Shown: positions 35,152 to 47,570, counted from the first letter of the stretch. The stretch is 64,000 nt of DNA from Caecitellus pseudoparvulus (GCA_965644315.1 CBFFRQ010000080.1:310001-374000); one strand, 5' to 3'. Numbers and translations: made by a program. The notes: generated by a model from the letters alone, not told the origin.

Positions 35152-36201
35152 CTACAGCGGCGCGGCGCCGACTGCCTTGCGAAGCCCCTCGAAGACAATG
35201 AGGGAAACAGTCGTGTGGGGAGCGATGCGGATCCAGTTGGGCCAGAAGCCCTTCATGAGCGCTGCCGCGCCCTCCTCCGCGACGATGCTGGAGATGCAGT
35301 GCGACACGCCACGGTACATGCGGGCACCGTCACCCCCCTGGTTCATGAGCCGGGTCTTGATGAGGTCCACAGGCGTCGTTGTCAGTGCAGAGATGAAGCC
35401 GGCGGCTGTGGAGCACACCATGTGCAAGGGCAGGCCCTCCTGCATGAGCCCGGCGTTCAGAATGCTGTGCTTGATGTGGTCATAGCTGGGCACTTGGGAG
35501 GCTGTGAGCACCCCAGCGCGCAGGGTGTTAGGCCCCCACCCCTGCCACAGCCCAGCCCACCCGCCTTCTTGAGCGTACACCCGCTTGAGGATGTCGCGAG
35601 TGCCGCCGTGTGCCGTGCCAGACACGTCGGCTTGCAGGCGGACCTTGGCCAAGTCAATGGGGGTGGTCAGGTAGCTGCCCACGCTGCCTGTGATGGCGCC
35701 AGCGGACACCTTCATCCACAGCGGCGTGTTGTGGCGATCCGAGCCGCCCAGGAGCTCCTTGGTCGGCTCGTACAGCCCCAGGCGGATGCTGCTGTAGCTC
35801 ATCTCACGCAGGATGCACGGCACGAGGCCTTTGAAGAGGCCATGCAAGCCCTCTGTGCGGCCCACCTGCACCATGCAGTCAAGGAACCCCTTGTACTTGG
35901 GCCCGGCGTGGGAGCCCCCCAGGCCTTGCAGCTGCAGCCTGTGCCGGCGGGGCAGGCGGGTGCGGAAATTGCGAGCATGCGACGCGCTGTGCAGCGGACG
36001 CCAAGCGCGGCATACCTGATTTTCGCGACATCGATGGGGTTAGTCACTGCATCGTGGGGTTGGGTGGCGGTGAGAGGCTGCCTGGACACCCGTAAGCGGC
36101 CACATGCCCGTCTCACCTGTGCCAGCCGTGGAGTTGCTGAGAGCAGCAAGCAGCATTCGCTCAGGGATGGCGAGGGGCCGGTGCCCCTCTTCAGCTGCCA
36201 T
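35152..36201 (-). CDS. Mitochondrial carrier (SLC25), UCP/oxoglutarate/dicarboxylate-carrier clade; 2 introns
   Basis: Three PxDxxKxR signatures (NPIDVAKIR, TPIDLAKVR, TPVDLIKTR), plus YSSIRLGLYE and KGFWPNWIRIAPHT. Confidence 0.9.
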
Positions 36202-36339
36202 GGCGCCCCTGCTCTCCGTGGTGTGCGGCAAGCAACAGGCTGCATTGACAAACGTTGCACTTGCAAGGGTTGTGGCGGGCCTGGCCGTCACACAGAAGTG
36301 TCTGAGGTCGCCGACTGGCGGCACCTGCAGCCGAGGGGC

Positions 36340-36940
36340 TCAGGTCTCCTTGAGCTTGCCCTTGCGCTGCTTCTTCTCGTGTGCCTTGCGCTTCTTCTCC
36401 CGCAGTGCGCGCGCCTCCTCCGTGTCGTTGGCGCTGACCTGGCCCATGACGTACACGACGACGGCACCAACGCCTGCACAGACGATTGCCAGGAACGCCA
36501 GCAGCGTGGGCAGGGAGGACACTGGTTCAGCAGGGGGTGCCTCGGGCTCGGGCTCGGTGGGAGGGGGGCCCATGTCGAAGTTGTTGGCCTGGGCGTACGC
36601 CAAGTACGCGTCACGCGCAGCGGACTGGCAGGCCTCGCTGAGCTCCTCGGGGGTCTCACCGGCCTGCGCCGCCACGCCCTGCGCCTGCATCTCCGCGGCA
36701 CAGTCAGCGTCCACCGTCTCCAGGACGTGCGCGACTGCTGCTTGGTGCTGCGCTGCGCGCTTTTGCTGCTCTGGGCTCATCTCTGCCCCGCCTGTACGCG
36801 CCGCAGAGTAAAGCGTGGTGTGTCGGCACTGCACCAGCACACGTGTTGAGGTTGGCGGCGCGGCGGCACGCACCATCCTGGGCAAACGCGACGCAGGCAA
36901 AGGCCAGGGCGGCGAAAACTGTCAACGCAAAGGTCTTCAT
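36340..36940 (-). CDS. Small type I membrane protein (signal peptide, C-terminal TM, basic tail with KxKxx); 1 intron
   Basis: Signal MKTFALTVFAALAFACVAFAQD, TM segment LLAFLAIVCAGVGAVVVYVM, and C-terminus KGKLKET*. Confidence 0.7.
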
Positions 36941-37158
36941 GCTGGATGTCGAGCACGGCCTGGCGCTGGGGCGTGGGGCGGGAAATCCGGCGTGGTGACA
37001 CTGCAGCCACTGCGGGGCCAGACACGGGGAGGGTCTCCTGCTCAAGAGCTGAGCAAACCGAGGCGGGAGTGAATTGTTTGTGGCGCAGGGTCAGAGAGTG
37101 TCCCAATGCAAGACACCAAGTTTGCGGGTATGGGGGTGGTCAGCTGGCACAGGGCTCC

Positions 37159-39289
37159 TCACACCCCCTTTGCCCCTTGACCTTGCGCCAGGAGATGCCC
37201 CCGGCCCTGCATCACTGCAGCAGTGGTGGCACAGTCAGCACTGCAGTAGTGCTGGTGCCCTGAGAGGGCGGGAGCAAAGTGCTGTCGGCACTGTGCGCAG
37301 CGGTGGGAAGCCATGAACTGCTCTGGCTCCTGCGCTGGCAGCATGCCGGCCGCCAGGGCAGCTGCCGTCGCCACGGCACCGCGCTTGCGCAGGAAGCGCT
37401 CCGCTTCCACGGCTCCCGGCATGCTATCAAAGTAGCCCGTGCCGAAGGTAACGCCTGCGCTCCACTCTGCGTGCCGCCCACCTCGCTGCGTGTGTCGAAA
37501 GGGGTCGCTTCGCTGGCGCTGGGGCAGCACGTCCACGGGGGAGGCAGGGCGGGAGCCGTCAGTGAGGCAGCGGCCCATGCGTAGCGGGCTGACGTGGGGC
37601 AGCAGGGTCCCTGCTGGCGTGCCCTGGCTGGGGAGCACTGTGCGAAGTGGGGAGGTGGCGAATGCCGCAGCCTGGGGAGGGGTGGGGTCCAGGGAGCAGG
37701 GCAGCTCCTGCGGTCCGAAGGGCAGGCGCACGAGGGTGGAGGGGGAGGGCGGGTGCTGCTGCGCGTCGCCGTCCAAGGAGCCCCCCAGCACCAGACGCAA
37801 GCCTTGCAGCCCGCTGTCAGAGCACTTGCTGGAGGTGGAGGAGGCAGTGGAGGCACGTTTGAGGCTGATGGGCGACCCCGATGGCTCCTGTGCCAGCAAG
37901 GCTGCCTGCAGGGCCCCGATGGGTGGCAGGTCGGGCTGGACTTGCTCTGGCTGCGGTGGCTGTCCGGGCGGGGGGTGGCCTGGGGGCGTGGCGGCACCGC
38001 TGTCGGCACCGGCGCTGTGCATACCCGGCTGCTCCACAGCCCACCACAACTGTGCCGGTGTGACATGCCCGCCTGCTGCGAGCAGCAGGTCGTGGCAGCG
38101 GGTGCACACCCGTAGGCGGGAGGGTGCGTGGCCCATGGAGGCGCTGCGGCGGCGGCGGGTGGGCTCCCCCGCCCCGCTGCCTCTCGGCGCGCTGTTGTTG
38201 CGGAGAGGGGCCATCCAACTCCACGTCTTGCTGCGCCGTGCGGCCTGCGGGGGGGTGGCTGCCGCCGCTGCCTCTGAGCTCGCTGACAAACAGCGCGAGG
38301 CGGGCGGCGCCTTGCCGCCGGGTGCCAGGTAGCCATGCGGCACCTTCACGCGGACAGGCAGCGCATCCGACGAGTCTTGTGCGTGCTGGGAGGGGGGCTC
38401 AGCGCTTCTGGCCTTGGGGTCCAGAGTGGCGATGGGGTCTTCGGTGGTGGACACACCAGTGCGTGGAACCGCTGAGCGTGTGGCGCCACCGCTTGCGCGA
38501 GTGGGACAACATGCCGCCCCCTCACTGCCGCTCCGTTCCTGTGAAAGAAGGTGTGGGGGTGTAAAAGACCATGAGAATACATAGGCGGTGAATGGTGGGG
38601 CAGGGTGCTCAGGAAAGCGGCAGAGGGGTTGCTCGGTGAAGAGGTGGAGCAGAAGCGCTCACACAGCATGCACAGCCAAGGCTCCAGCACGCACATGCAG
38701 GCGCTCCTTGGCGAGGAAGACGATGCTGCGGTTCGGCGCACATGCAGCACATGTCAGTGCGCCACATGTTCGACTGCGAAGGGCGCAGCGCGGGGTGGCA
38801 CGGGTGCGTGGGTGCAAGGTAGCGGGCAACGCGAGCAGCAAGGCAAGAGAGTGCGCTTGCAGGCCGGCACAAAGCACGGGAAAGTGTCTCCCTGCTGCCC
38901 CAGGCGTAGCAGCAGCGCTGCTGCTGCGGTGCTGCTTCGCGTCACTTCAAGTACAGTGGCTAGTTCAGGTAAAGGGAGTCAAGTGTGTGCCTCCGCTCCC
39001 GCAAAAAGCCGCTCTGTCGCCGCGATGTGCCTGGCGCCCGCCGGGGCCCGTCCGGGGGGGGAGGAGACTCACCAGTGATGCCTGCACAGATGTTGGGGGG
39101 AGATGGGTGCAGTGAATGCTGCAGGGGCTGTGCAGGACCGTCGCGAAGCTAGGGAACGCACCGTTGGCGCAAAAGGGCCGATAGTGAAGTGCCGCAGCGC
39201 CGACACATGCCAGCTGCATCTGGCTCCCACCGCTCCTTTGGCACCAAGCAAAGTGGGGGGACCGCCAGTGTTTGCTCCAAGCGGGCCAT
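37159..39289 (-). CDS. FYVE zinc-finger protein with a second C-terminal Cys4 (FCS-like) finger; exons 39289-39162, 39081-39073, 38773-38695, 38538-37159
   Basis: Splicing at canonical GT/CAG sites reconstitutes WEPD..CRRC..RQRHHCRTCGALTCAAC...RVCTRC. C-terminal finger CAQC..F..YCSADC. Confidence 0.8.
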
Positions 39290-39614
39290 TAGTCCAAATC
39301 CTTCGTGCACTCCCCGCGCTGAAGGCTTGCTGTAGCTGGAAGGGCTACGCGCGCCCAGCTGCAGACGTGGCCCCGCCTGCTTGAATGGGTGCGCAGCACA
39401 GCTCGAGGGGGCGCGGTGCAGTCGCTTCAAGTGGGCCCCTGTGCCGTCAGGGGTGAGTGTGTGGGCGATAATGGGCAGATTTATTTTGCCAGGGCGAGTG
39501 CGCTGCTGGCGGAATCTGCCCGCGCAGTCGGCAGGTGATGGACCCCTGTCAAAGTTGGCGTGTTGAGCACGGGACAGTACATTAGATGAGGGAAGGGGAC
39601 ACATGACGCAGACA

Positions 39615-40698
39615 TCACAGCAGCAGGCCTTTGACTTGTTCGTAAGTGACAAAGAAGATGATGTTCCAACCCGCCATGCGGGAGAAGTTCGCTCCAAAGC
39701 CTCGATAGAAGGCTCGCAGGCCTTCCTTCGCTGCCGTGTCTCGGACGAGCTGCAAGAGGCCCGGGCCGCCTGGGCGCGCCCGCTGGGCCATCCACCGCGA
39801 CTTCAGGACGTCAATGGGGGAGCCGAAGAGGGTGGCGGCCAGGCCCGTCGTCAGGGCGCTGGCGACGTGCAGGGGCAAGCCTGCCATGCCAAAGCTGCTG
39901 CTGTACGCTTCCTTGGCTGAGTCGTACTGTGGAGAGGGCGAGCGGAGGGAGAGGGGTGTGTAGCCACAGCATAGACGCAGTCACGTGCGGTTGGGGGGGG
40001 GGGGACTCACTGTAGCCAGCTCCACCATGTTCACGCAGGCGTTGCGGGCAATGTTGGGGCCGCAGCCCCGCCACAGCGCCCGCACTCCGCCCTCCTCCCG
40101 CAACACGCGGCGGTAGCAGTCCAGCCAGTTGGCGTAGGGGGTGTGGCCAGGGGTGGCGGCGACGCCGGACTGCGCCTGCATGCGGACCTTTACCAGGTCT
40201 GTGGGAGAGGCGACGGCGGCGGCCAGGGAGCCGGAGAGCACCCCCGACAGCAGCTTCACGGCGAGGGAGGAGGAGCCCTCCCGCTCGCCCAGGGCGCTGG
40301 ACACGTTGGCCTTGATGATGTCGTAGGCCCCCATGCGGATGCCGCCGAAGAGGATCTGGCGCTGGCAGCCGGGGACGAGGCCAGACCACAGCGCAGACAC
40401 GCCGTGGGAGGCGATAAGACCCCGCGCCACTTGAAAGACGCCTGAGGCCTGGCCAGTATGGATCTGCATGCGCAGCTTCAGCGTGTCCATGGGCAGGGAC
40501 AGGACCTGTGGCGGGCCGAGGCAGGCGGGCAAGTGGGTGGCGGTCGGCCGGCGTGCTGAACCAAACGTTCTGAGGAGCGGGCATAGCCGAGAACGAGCGC
40601 GCAGGCCGACCAGGGCACAGCTGCACCACACTCACCTCAGCCACACATGCAGAGATGGAGGCAGATGCAAATGGCAGCACTGCGGCAGCCGATGGCAT
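39615..40698 (-). CDS. Mitochondrial uncoupling-protein-like carrier (UCP/PUMP type); 2 introns
   Basis: LPMDTLKLRMQ, GLVPGCQRQILFGGIRMGAYD, SPTDLVKVRMQ, GPNIARNACVNMVELATYD, SPIDVLKSR and FSRMAGWNIIFFVTYEQ. Confidence 0.9.
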
Positions 40699-41340
40699 GA
40701 TGGCAAGCCGTAAGCTGGCCGTCGCCGGCACTGGCTGCTCCAGGGTTGCTCAGAACTTGGTTGGCGACGCCCGCGTCGGCTGCTCACAGCGATACCGGGT
40801 CACACGGGACGGGATGGCAATGGGAAGGAATACGAGGAGGGTGCATGAGGTGCACAGATGCGGTGTGGGGAGTTGGATGTGGCTTGGATTTTGCTTTTGA
40901 GCTGCAACGGCCGCGGCACTTTTGTGGTCAGGATGCATGCGGAAAATGGAGCGGACACTCGTGGAGGACAGCTCTCGGCACAGGAGAGATGGCCTGGTCC
41001 CTACAGCATTCCAGGGGCTGCATTCCAAGGTGCCGACGTCAAACAGCGGGCGGGCCAAGCCGCCGAGGCCACCAGCAAGCTACACGGCGCGCGTGCTTGC
41101 AGTTCAAAAATGGGCTGACATGCGTCAGGCGGCTGACCACTTGTTCCGAGGCTGGTGCAGGGAGCAGGGTGCAAGCTGGGGCACGGCGAGGCGGCCCCGC
41201 GATGGCCCTGTGTGCTTCTGTCGTTCCTTTGGCGCTGCCGCAGCGCGGGCCAGGACACTGCAAGCCCCCCTGGCCTGCCCACTTGAATGGGGTGTGTGGG
41301 GGGGGGTGGGGCTGAGGCCACCTCGCTGCCACCGCGCAGC

Positions 41341-41896
41341 CTACATGCCCAGCTCCTGTGCCCTGGCCTTCTGCAGTCGCTTGAAATCCTTCTTGGGGTT
41401 CGGGACGGGCCGGAAGGACTCCAGGCTGGACATGCGCCCGCCTGAAATCGCCATGCTCTCCTGCGCTTCCGTGCGGAGGGTGGTGGAGGCCAGGTTCGCG
41501 ACCAGGTGGTCCTCCAGCTCCCCCTCGTCTGCCGCAGCCGCGGCCGTCGCAGACTCAGCCGCCTGTAGGCGGGCCAGCCTGCGGTCGTACTCGCGCCGCA
41601 AGCTTGCCAGCTGCGCCTTCTTGCGAGCGATTTCATCCTCAATGGTCACACCGGGCTTGGCGTCGCCCTCCAGCAGGGAGCCCCACTCCGCGCCAAAGCC
41701 GATCTGCGACTTCATTTCCCTGCGAGCGCATGGGCAGGGGTGCAGGCAAGCACGCCATTGCGCCATGGCAGCAGGCGCTGCAGCGCTGCGCGCACGGCGA
41801 CTTTTCCCGCGCAGCACTGGGCTCTGCCACTCACATGCGGATGCGCTGGGTGAGGTGCACCTGCTCAGCCACGGCATCTTTCTCAGGCAAAGCCAT
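41341..41896 (-). CDS. Small coiled-coil protein, possibly a ciliary microtubule-associated protein; 1 intron
   Basis: MALPEKDAVAEQVHLTQRIRM, then a GTGAGT..CAG intron, then EMKSQIGFGAEWGSLL..EIARKKAQLASLRREYDRRL. The family resemblance (C20orf85-like D.V...E...WG.L) is tentative. Confidence 0.55.
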
Positions 41897-42460
41897 GGTC
41901 GTGTGCGTCTGCCTGTCGTGCGGCCAGTGCTACGCGCGCGATGCAGCGCAAGTGTCGCAAGGTGGCAGGGAGGCCGAGCGGAAATTGCTTTGGCAAGGCA
42001 GGACGCCCAGCATGAACCCTGGCACTGACTGTGAGTGGCAAGAGGGATGCAAGGGTTGAATCGTTTCAATATGGGGTTTTGTTTTGTCCCCCCTGCTTTC
42101 GGGTCCACCGAGCCTCTGCACCGTCGAGGGGCGGTACCAATCCCTGCCTTGAGCGTTTCCCAAGCGCCATGAGCGTGCCTGTGCAGTTGCTCAGGGACTG
42201 GACCAGACCGACGAATACACCAAAAACTGCACACCCTGCATGAGCAAACCACTGGCGGACTCTTTTTCCCCGGCTTCCCATGCCTCGCATGCACGAACTG
42301 CCGTGAACCTCGACGGGCGTGCTCAGACAGAAGGTGCACGAGGCAGCGCCAGGCCACTTGCACGTGTCGCGGGTGCGGCACCGCCCACCGTCCTCCGAGG
42401 CCGGGGCTTGCTGTAAGCAGTTTCACGCTAAGCAGCAGTGCATCGCTGTGTAGATCCACG

Positions 42461-44826
42461 ATGGAAGGTGAGTGGTGCCGGCGCAGGGTCCACGTCCAGC
42501 ACCAACGGCCGCGCGAGGCTAGCAGGTGAAACGCCCGTGTCACGCCACTGCCTGCAGCCACCCCTCCCGCTCCCCCCTGCCGACCAGGCGACGAGAGCAA
42601 GCTGCTTGCCGTGGCCAACGACTTGCTCCGCGAGACAGGCATCAGCCAGGAGAGCATCACGTCCTTCGAGGAGCTGCAAGCCATCTCCTCCAACCTCTTC
42701 GTGGGGCTGTTTGAGGTGCTGTTTTTCGCAGAGCTGGGCGCCGTGCACCGCGCGCCAGCCACTGCCCAGCAGCGCGAGGACAATGCCAACATTGTCCTGG
42801 ACGCACTGCAGCAGGTGCTGCGCTCCACCATCCAAATGCCCCCCACCATCACTGGCCGGGCCATCCAGCAGGGGGACAAGCCCGCCATCGTCTACCTCCT
42901 GCGCCTGTTCTCAGAGCTGCTGCAGCAGACATCCGACCAGGAACGACGAGACTGTGCGTGTACCTGCAAGCGCAGCGTCGCTGCTTTTCGCGCCACACCT
43001 GCCCCCCCCGCCCCCTCGCAGTGCTGCATTCAGCTGCTGTGAGCCAGGCGCCGGAGGGCAGTGACGCCAGCGCGCCCCCCGCCAGGCCCCAGCGAAACCC
43101 ACGCAGGAGGCGCAGCGCAGCACGCAAGCGGCCCAAGAGCGCCGCCAAGAAAGCCCCACGCTCCACACGGCGCAGGCCGGCAAGCCGTCCCACCCGGCGC
43201 GCGCCCCACACCGCTCGGGCCGTGTCCCGCACCGCGCCGTCCCCAGCCCCTGCGCCACACACCACCGCCTTCCCAGACCTGCAGGAGAGGCCAGCGCCAG
43301 CGCCTGGCACAGAGAGCGAGCCGGGCACCTCCTGGCGCGACGCACTCATGGAGGGGGGGCGGGCCGAGGGCATGGCTGTGTCAGGGGAGGGCCTGGGCCC
43401 CAACGGCCGCCCCGGCACGGCGGTGGGGGGCAGCCGGGGGCAGGTGTGGCGCGCCATGCAGGAGCAGGGCCCAGCGCCCAGTGAGCCGTCGCCCAGCCCT
43501 GCCCCAGTGGACATCTGGGCGGAAGGGTCTTCGGGCACCTCCAGCGCCGCCGGCAGTGTGGCGGGGGGTGGGCGTGCGGAGGCCAAGGCCGCCTCACCAG
43601 CCTCCGCACGCCAGGGCACCGTGCCCATCACCGTGCGGGGAGCTGTGACGGGCGCCACCGCCGTGGACCTGCTCAGCGCAGAGGACTTGGAGGGGCAGGC
43701 AGGTACCACCCTGCGCCGGCAGCGCCGCCCTCCCAAGGCCCGCCGCGGCAAGACCGCGCCACCGGCCAGCAAGTCCTACACAGCCCTGCGCGCTGCGCGG
43801 GCAGCGGCCTTGAAGCGCAGCGCCCGGGCCCAGCGAGCGGCTGCGCGGCGCGAGGCAGCAGAGGCAGCTGCCGCCAAGGCTCGCCTGGCCGCGGCACACC
43901 AGAGCGTGGTTCGCGACCGGGCTGCCAAGTGGCGTGTGCGCGAGGCGCGCTTCCTGAAGCGTGCCTCGCGCCGCGCAGCCGCTGCCAAGCACGACCGCAA
44001 GGTGCTGACCATCCAGACGGCGCGCGTGCTGGAGGACCTGCAGCGCCAGACGCTGTCCCTGCGCCTGGCGCGCGCATCCCAGCAGGCCGCCATCACAGCG
44101 CAGTACACCCGTGCCATCGCCGAACAGGAGCGCGCAGCTGTGCGGGAGGCGTCCCAGGCCGCTGCCGCGGACGCCGCCGCCAGCCGCGCCGCGCTGGAGA
44201 TGCAGCAGGAGGCGGCCCTGCACACGCTGGCAGTGCGGCAGCAGCTGCTGCGTGAGGCGGCCGAGGCGCAGGCTGCCGACCTCGCCGTGGCCAGTGCAGG
44301 ACAGGCAGAGGCCCTGCGCAGCAGTCGGCAGGACATCCTGTCTGCGGGGCGGGCAGCGGAGGCGGCGGCAGCCTCCCTGCGCCAGCAGAAGGAGGCGCAG
44401 TGGCGAGTGGCCAACCTGGCCCCTGCCGACGCGGGGGAGGTGCGCCCCATGGGGGCGGTGCTGCCCCCTGCAGTGGCTGCTGCGCGGCAGCAGTGGCTGG
44501 CTGAGGGTGCTGTGGGGGGGGAGGAGGATTCCTTCCTGCAGCACGCGGGGGTGCAGGTGGAGGGGGGTGAGGACAGCGACGAGGGGGGGTGGATGCACAG
44601 CTTCTCTGCGCCAGCCAGCGAGCTGCTGCAGTACCCAGCGTACACGGCACGAGCCGTGCCAGACACCACCACCTCCCGCCGAGGCATGGTGGTGACGCAG
44701 CACAACGCTGGGCTGACGCCGGGGGACAAGCCCCGCCTCCTGAACGTGAGGGGGGCCACCTTCACCCGCACCTCCACGGGCGGAGGGGGGGGGGGCTACT
44801 TGGGCACCCGCACTGCCTGGATGTAA
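42461..44826 (+). CDS. CEP95-like centrosomal protein (N-terminal CH-like DUF5745 region, C-terminal coiled coil); introns 42468-42587 and about 42954-43033
   Basis: LLAVANDLL..ITSFEEL..SSNLFVGLFE..NANIVLDAL..ITGRAIQQGDKPAIVYLLRLFSELL, followed by a long Ala/Arg/Gln-rich helical region. Confidence 0.65.
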
Positions 44827-44858
44827 CGGCATGCCTGGCCTGCCCAGCAATGCACTGG

Positions 44859-45919
44859 TCAATGCTCGTGGCCATGGGCATGCTCCCCTGCCGCGGCTGC
44901 CGCTACCACCGGCAGCAGCAGGCCCAGTGCAGTGGGGACGATGGGGGAGTGCAGCCACGGCTGGCGTGGAGGTGCCGAGCGGCTTGGTCCAGTCGGTGCC
45001 GGAGGGGCATCCCCCACCTGCTCCTCGTCTGCCGACAGCAGTCCAGCCCGCTCGGCAGCATCCAGCGCTGTGCCCGCAGGTGTCGACTGAGGCAGGCTGT
45101 GCTGCGAGGCAGCGCCAGCGTGTCCGTCGTGTCCGTCCATGTGGCTCACGGCCACGTGCAGGAACGTGCCACCTGCAAAGAGAAAGGCCAGGCCCATCCA
45201 GGCAGAGGACTCGCCGGCGTCGGCGTCGGCAGTTGAGCTGCCTCGGGCTGCCAGCACACTGACGACAAAGGCCAGCACTGCCGATAAGGGAGACGCGCAG
45301 GCGAAGGCAGCCACCATCAAGCCTCCACTGGAGCACATGGAGCGCTGGCCAGGCCGCAGCAGCAGCTTGCTGCCCAGTGCCAAAGCCGCTGGCACTTTGT
45401 GCAGCATGATGGCCAGCAAAATGGCACCTTGTGCGCGAGCGGCTGCAGCGCCACCGCCCATGGCACTGGACACGCCCACCGCCAGGCCATCTGCTGCAGC
45501 GTGCAGAAGCAGGCCGATGAAGGTGGCCACCGCGGCTTGGTCCCCTTGCCCGTGGCCGTCACCCACCACCGACCCCAGCGCCATCATGGTCACGAAGCCC
45601 AGCAGCAGCACCAAGCCAGCTGCGCCAGGCCACAGGCCACCTGCACTGTCATTTTCCATCCCTTCATGCCACATCTCAAACCCTGCGAGGCGTGGGGTGG
45701 CCGGCACGTGAGCACTGCGCAGGAATGGGAGCACCTGAAACGCGAGCAAAACGCACCTTCGGGAAGCACCACTTGCAGAGCAGCGCCGATGAGGATGCCA
45801 TTTCCGAAGCGGGAGAACCACGATATCAGTGCTGGGGATGGTGTCACCAGAAGGGGCAAGAAGCCGCCGGCCAGGCCGCCAGCTAGCATGGCGCATACCG
45901 CCACAGCAAGCCCCTGCAT
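44859..45919 (-). CDS. SLC39A9: ZIP-family metal transporter, ZIP9/Atx2-like; 1 intron
   Basis: GFLPL..FGNGILIGAALQVVLPEG, GLLLHAAADGLAVG, AIMLHKVPAA, FAGGTFLHVA, and His-rich loop and tail. Confidence 0.88.
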
Positions 45920-46154
45920 GGCAGTCTGCCCATGCTCTGGCGCAGCAGCTGCCTGCGAGGCTGACCGGGGTTGACAGAGTGCGAGCACGACCCAGTTCGC
46001 TCCTCACACAGGGTGAGGGCACATGGGCGGGTATGGGAGCGCAAGGGTTGTGTCAACGCTGTGCCCTTGCTGTTGCCACGAGGCACGCGGGCCTCCGTGG
46101 CTGTAGCAGTGCATTGTGTGACTGCAAAGCAACGACAAGGCGTGCATGCCCCCC

Positions 46155-47373
46155 TCATGCATCTGTGCGAGCACGCTTGGTGGCACCGGCAGCTCCTGAT
46201 GCTTCTGCAGCGAACAACGCGTCCAGCGCCTCCACATCCCGAGCACAGCCCAGGTAGATGGGGCAGCGCTCGTGAATGGAGGTGGGCATAACGTCCAGCA
46301 CCCGCCCAGCACCAGTGGACGCCTTGCCGCCCGCCGTCTCCATCAGCAGTGACATGGGGTTGCACTCGTATAGCAGGCGCAGCTTGCCCTTGGGGTTGGA
46401 GGTGGTGGCGGGGTACATGAAGATGCCGCCGTACAGCAGGGTGCGGTGCACGTCAGCGACCATGCTGCCCACGTAGCGCAGGGAGTAAGGCTTAGCGGCG
46501 CCCTTGCAGGAGGTGATGAAGTCCTTGACGGGCTGGGGGAAGGTGGCCCAGTTGCCCTCGTTGATGCTGTAGATGGTCTTGGGCTTGGCGGGCACCGTGA
46601 CCTTCTTGCTGGTGAGCATGAACTCCCCCACGGCAGGGTCCAGGGTGAAGATGCTCACGCCGCTGTCGCAGCCCTTGATGGTGATGACCATCTGCGTGCT
46701 GCTGCCGTACATGCAGTACCCGGCCACCACCAGCTCGCTGCCCGGCTGCAGGACGTCAGCCACCGTGACGTCCTTCGACGGGTCCACGCGCTTGTAAATG
46801 CCGAAGATGCTGCCCACAGACACGTTGCAGTCGATGTTGGATGAGCCGTCCAGGGGGTCGAACACCACGGCGTACTTGGCGTCCTTGTTGTGTGTCAGGA
46901 CCACTGGCTCCTCGTCCTCCTCACTCACCAGGACGGACACCTTGTTCGAAAACCGAAGGGTGTTGATGAAGTTCTCGTTGGCGACGATGTCCAGCTTCTT
47001 CACGTCCTCGCCTGCCCCGTACGCCGCGGCGAGGGAGGTGCGCAGCAGGCCAGCAAGCAAGCCAGGCTCGCCGGAGACTCACCCTGCACATTCACCGCAC
47101 CGTGCAGCCCATACAGGCCCGCAATGCCCGCCTTGCGAACCGCAGTGGCGATGGTCTTGCAAGCCAGCTGGATGCTTTGCATGAGCTGCGAGAGGAGGCG
47201 GGGTGCAGCGTGGCACAACCGCGGGCTTCCGCAAGACAGCATCTGGATGCACGCACGATGGTCAGGTCTCCCTGAGCCTCAGGGTGCTTGCTCTGCTCCG
47301 CGAGGATGTAGCGAGTGAGGGTCAAGGGGTCGGTGCCGGGCAGCCCGGCGGAGTGTGCGGCTGCCGCTGCCAT
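46155..47373 (-). CDS. FBP: Fructose-1,6-bisphosphatase class I (cytosolic type); 2 introns
   Basis: TLTRYIL, IQLACKTIATAVRKAG, NVQGEDVKKLDIVAN, VSEE, FDPLDGSSNIDCNVSVGSIFGI, RYVGSMVADVHRTLLYGG and GKLRLLYECNP. Confidence 0.97.
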
Positions 47374-47570
47374 GATGAGCGAGATGGCGGGGTTGAGGTG
47401 GGAGCTGCGGTATTTCGCAAGCGACGGCACCAGTAATTGCATTAACGCTGGCGAAGCAAACTTGAGTGGGTCGCCTGAAGGAACACGTGCGGGGCACTTT
47501 TGAAAGTAGGGAGCAGCGTGATCGGCACCTGCACTTGCAGCGAGGCCCAGCACGACAGCTCGGCTTTGGC

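Noticed and set aside
41341-42888. 515-aa minus-strand ORF as one gene
   Set aside because: Only the last ~125 codons look like a real exon. The rest crosses an intron, a divergent promoter region and the antisense of the CEP95-like gene.
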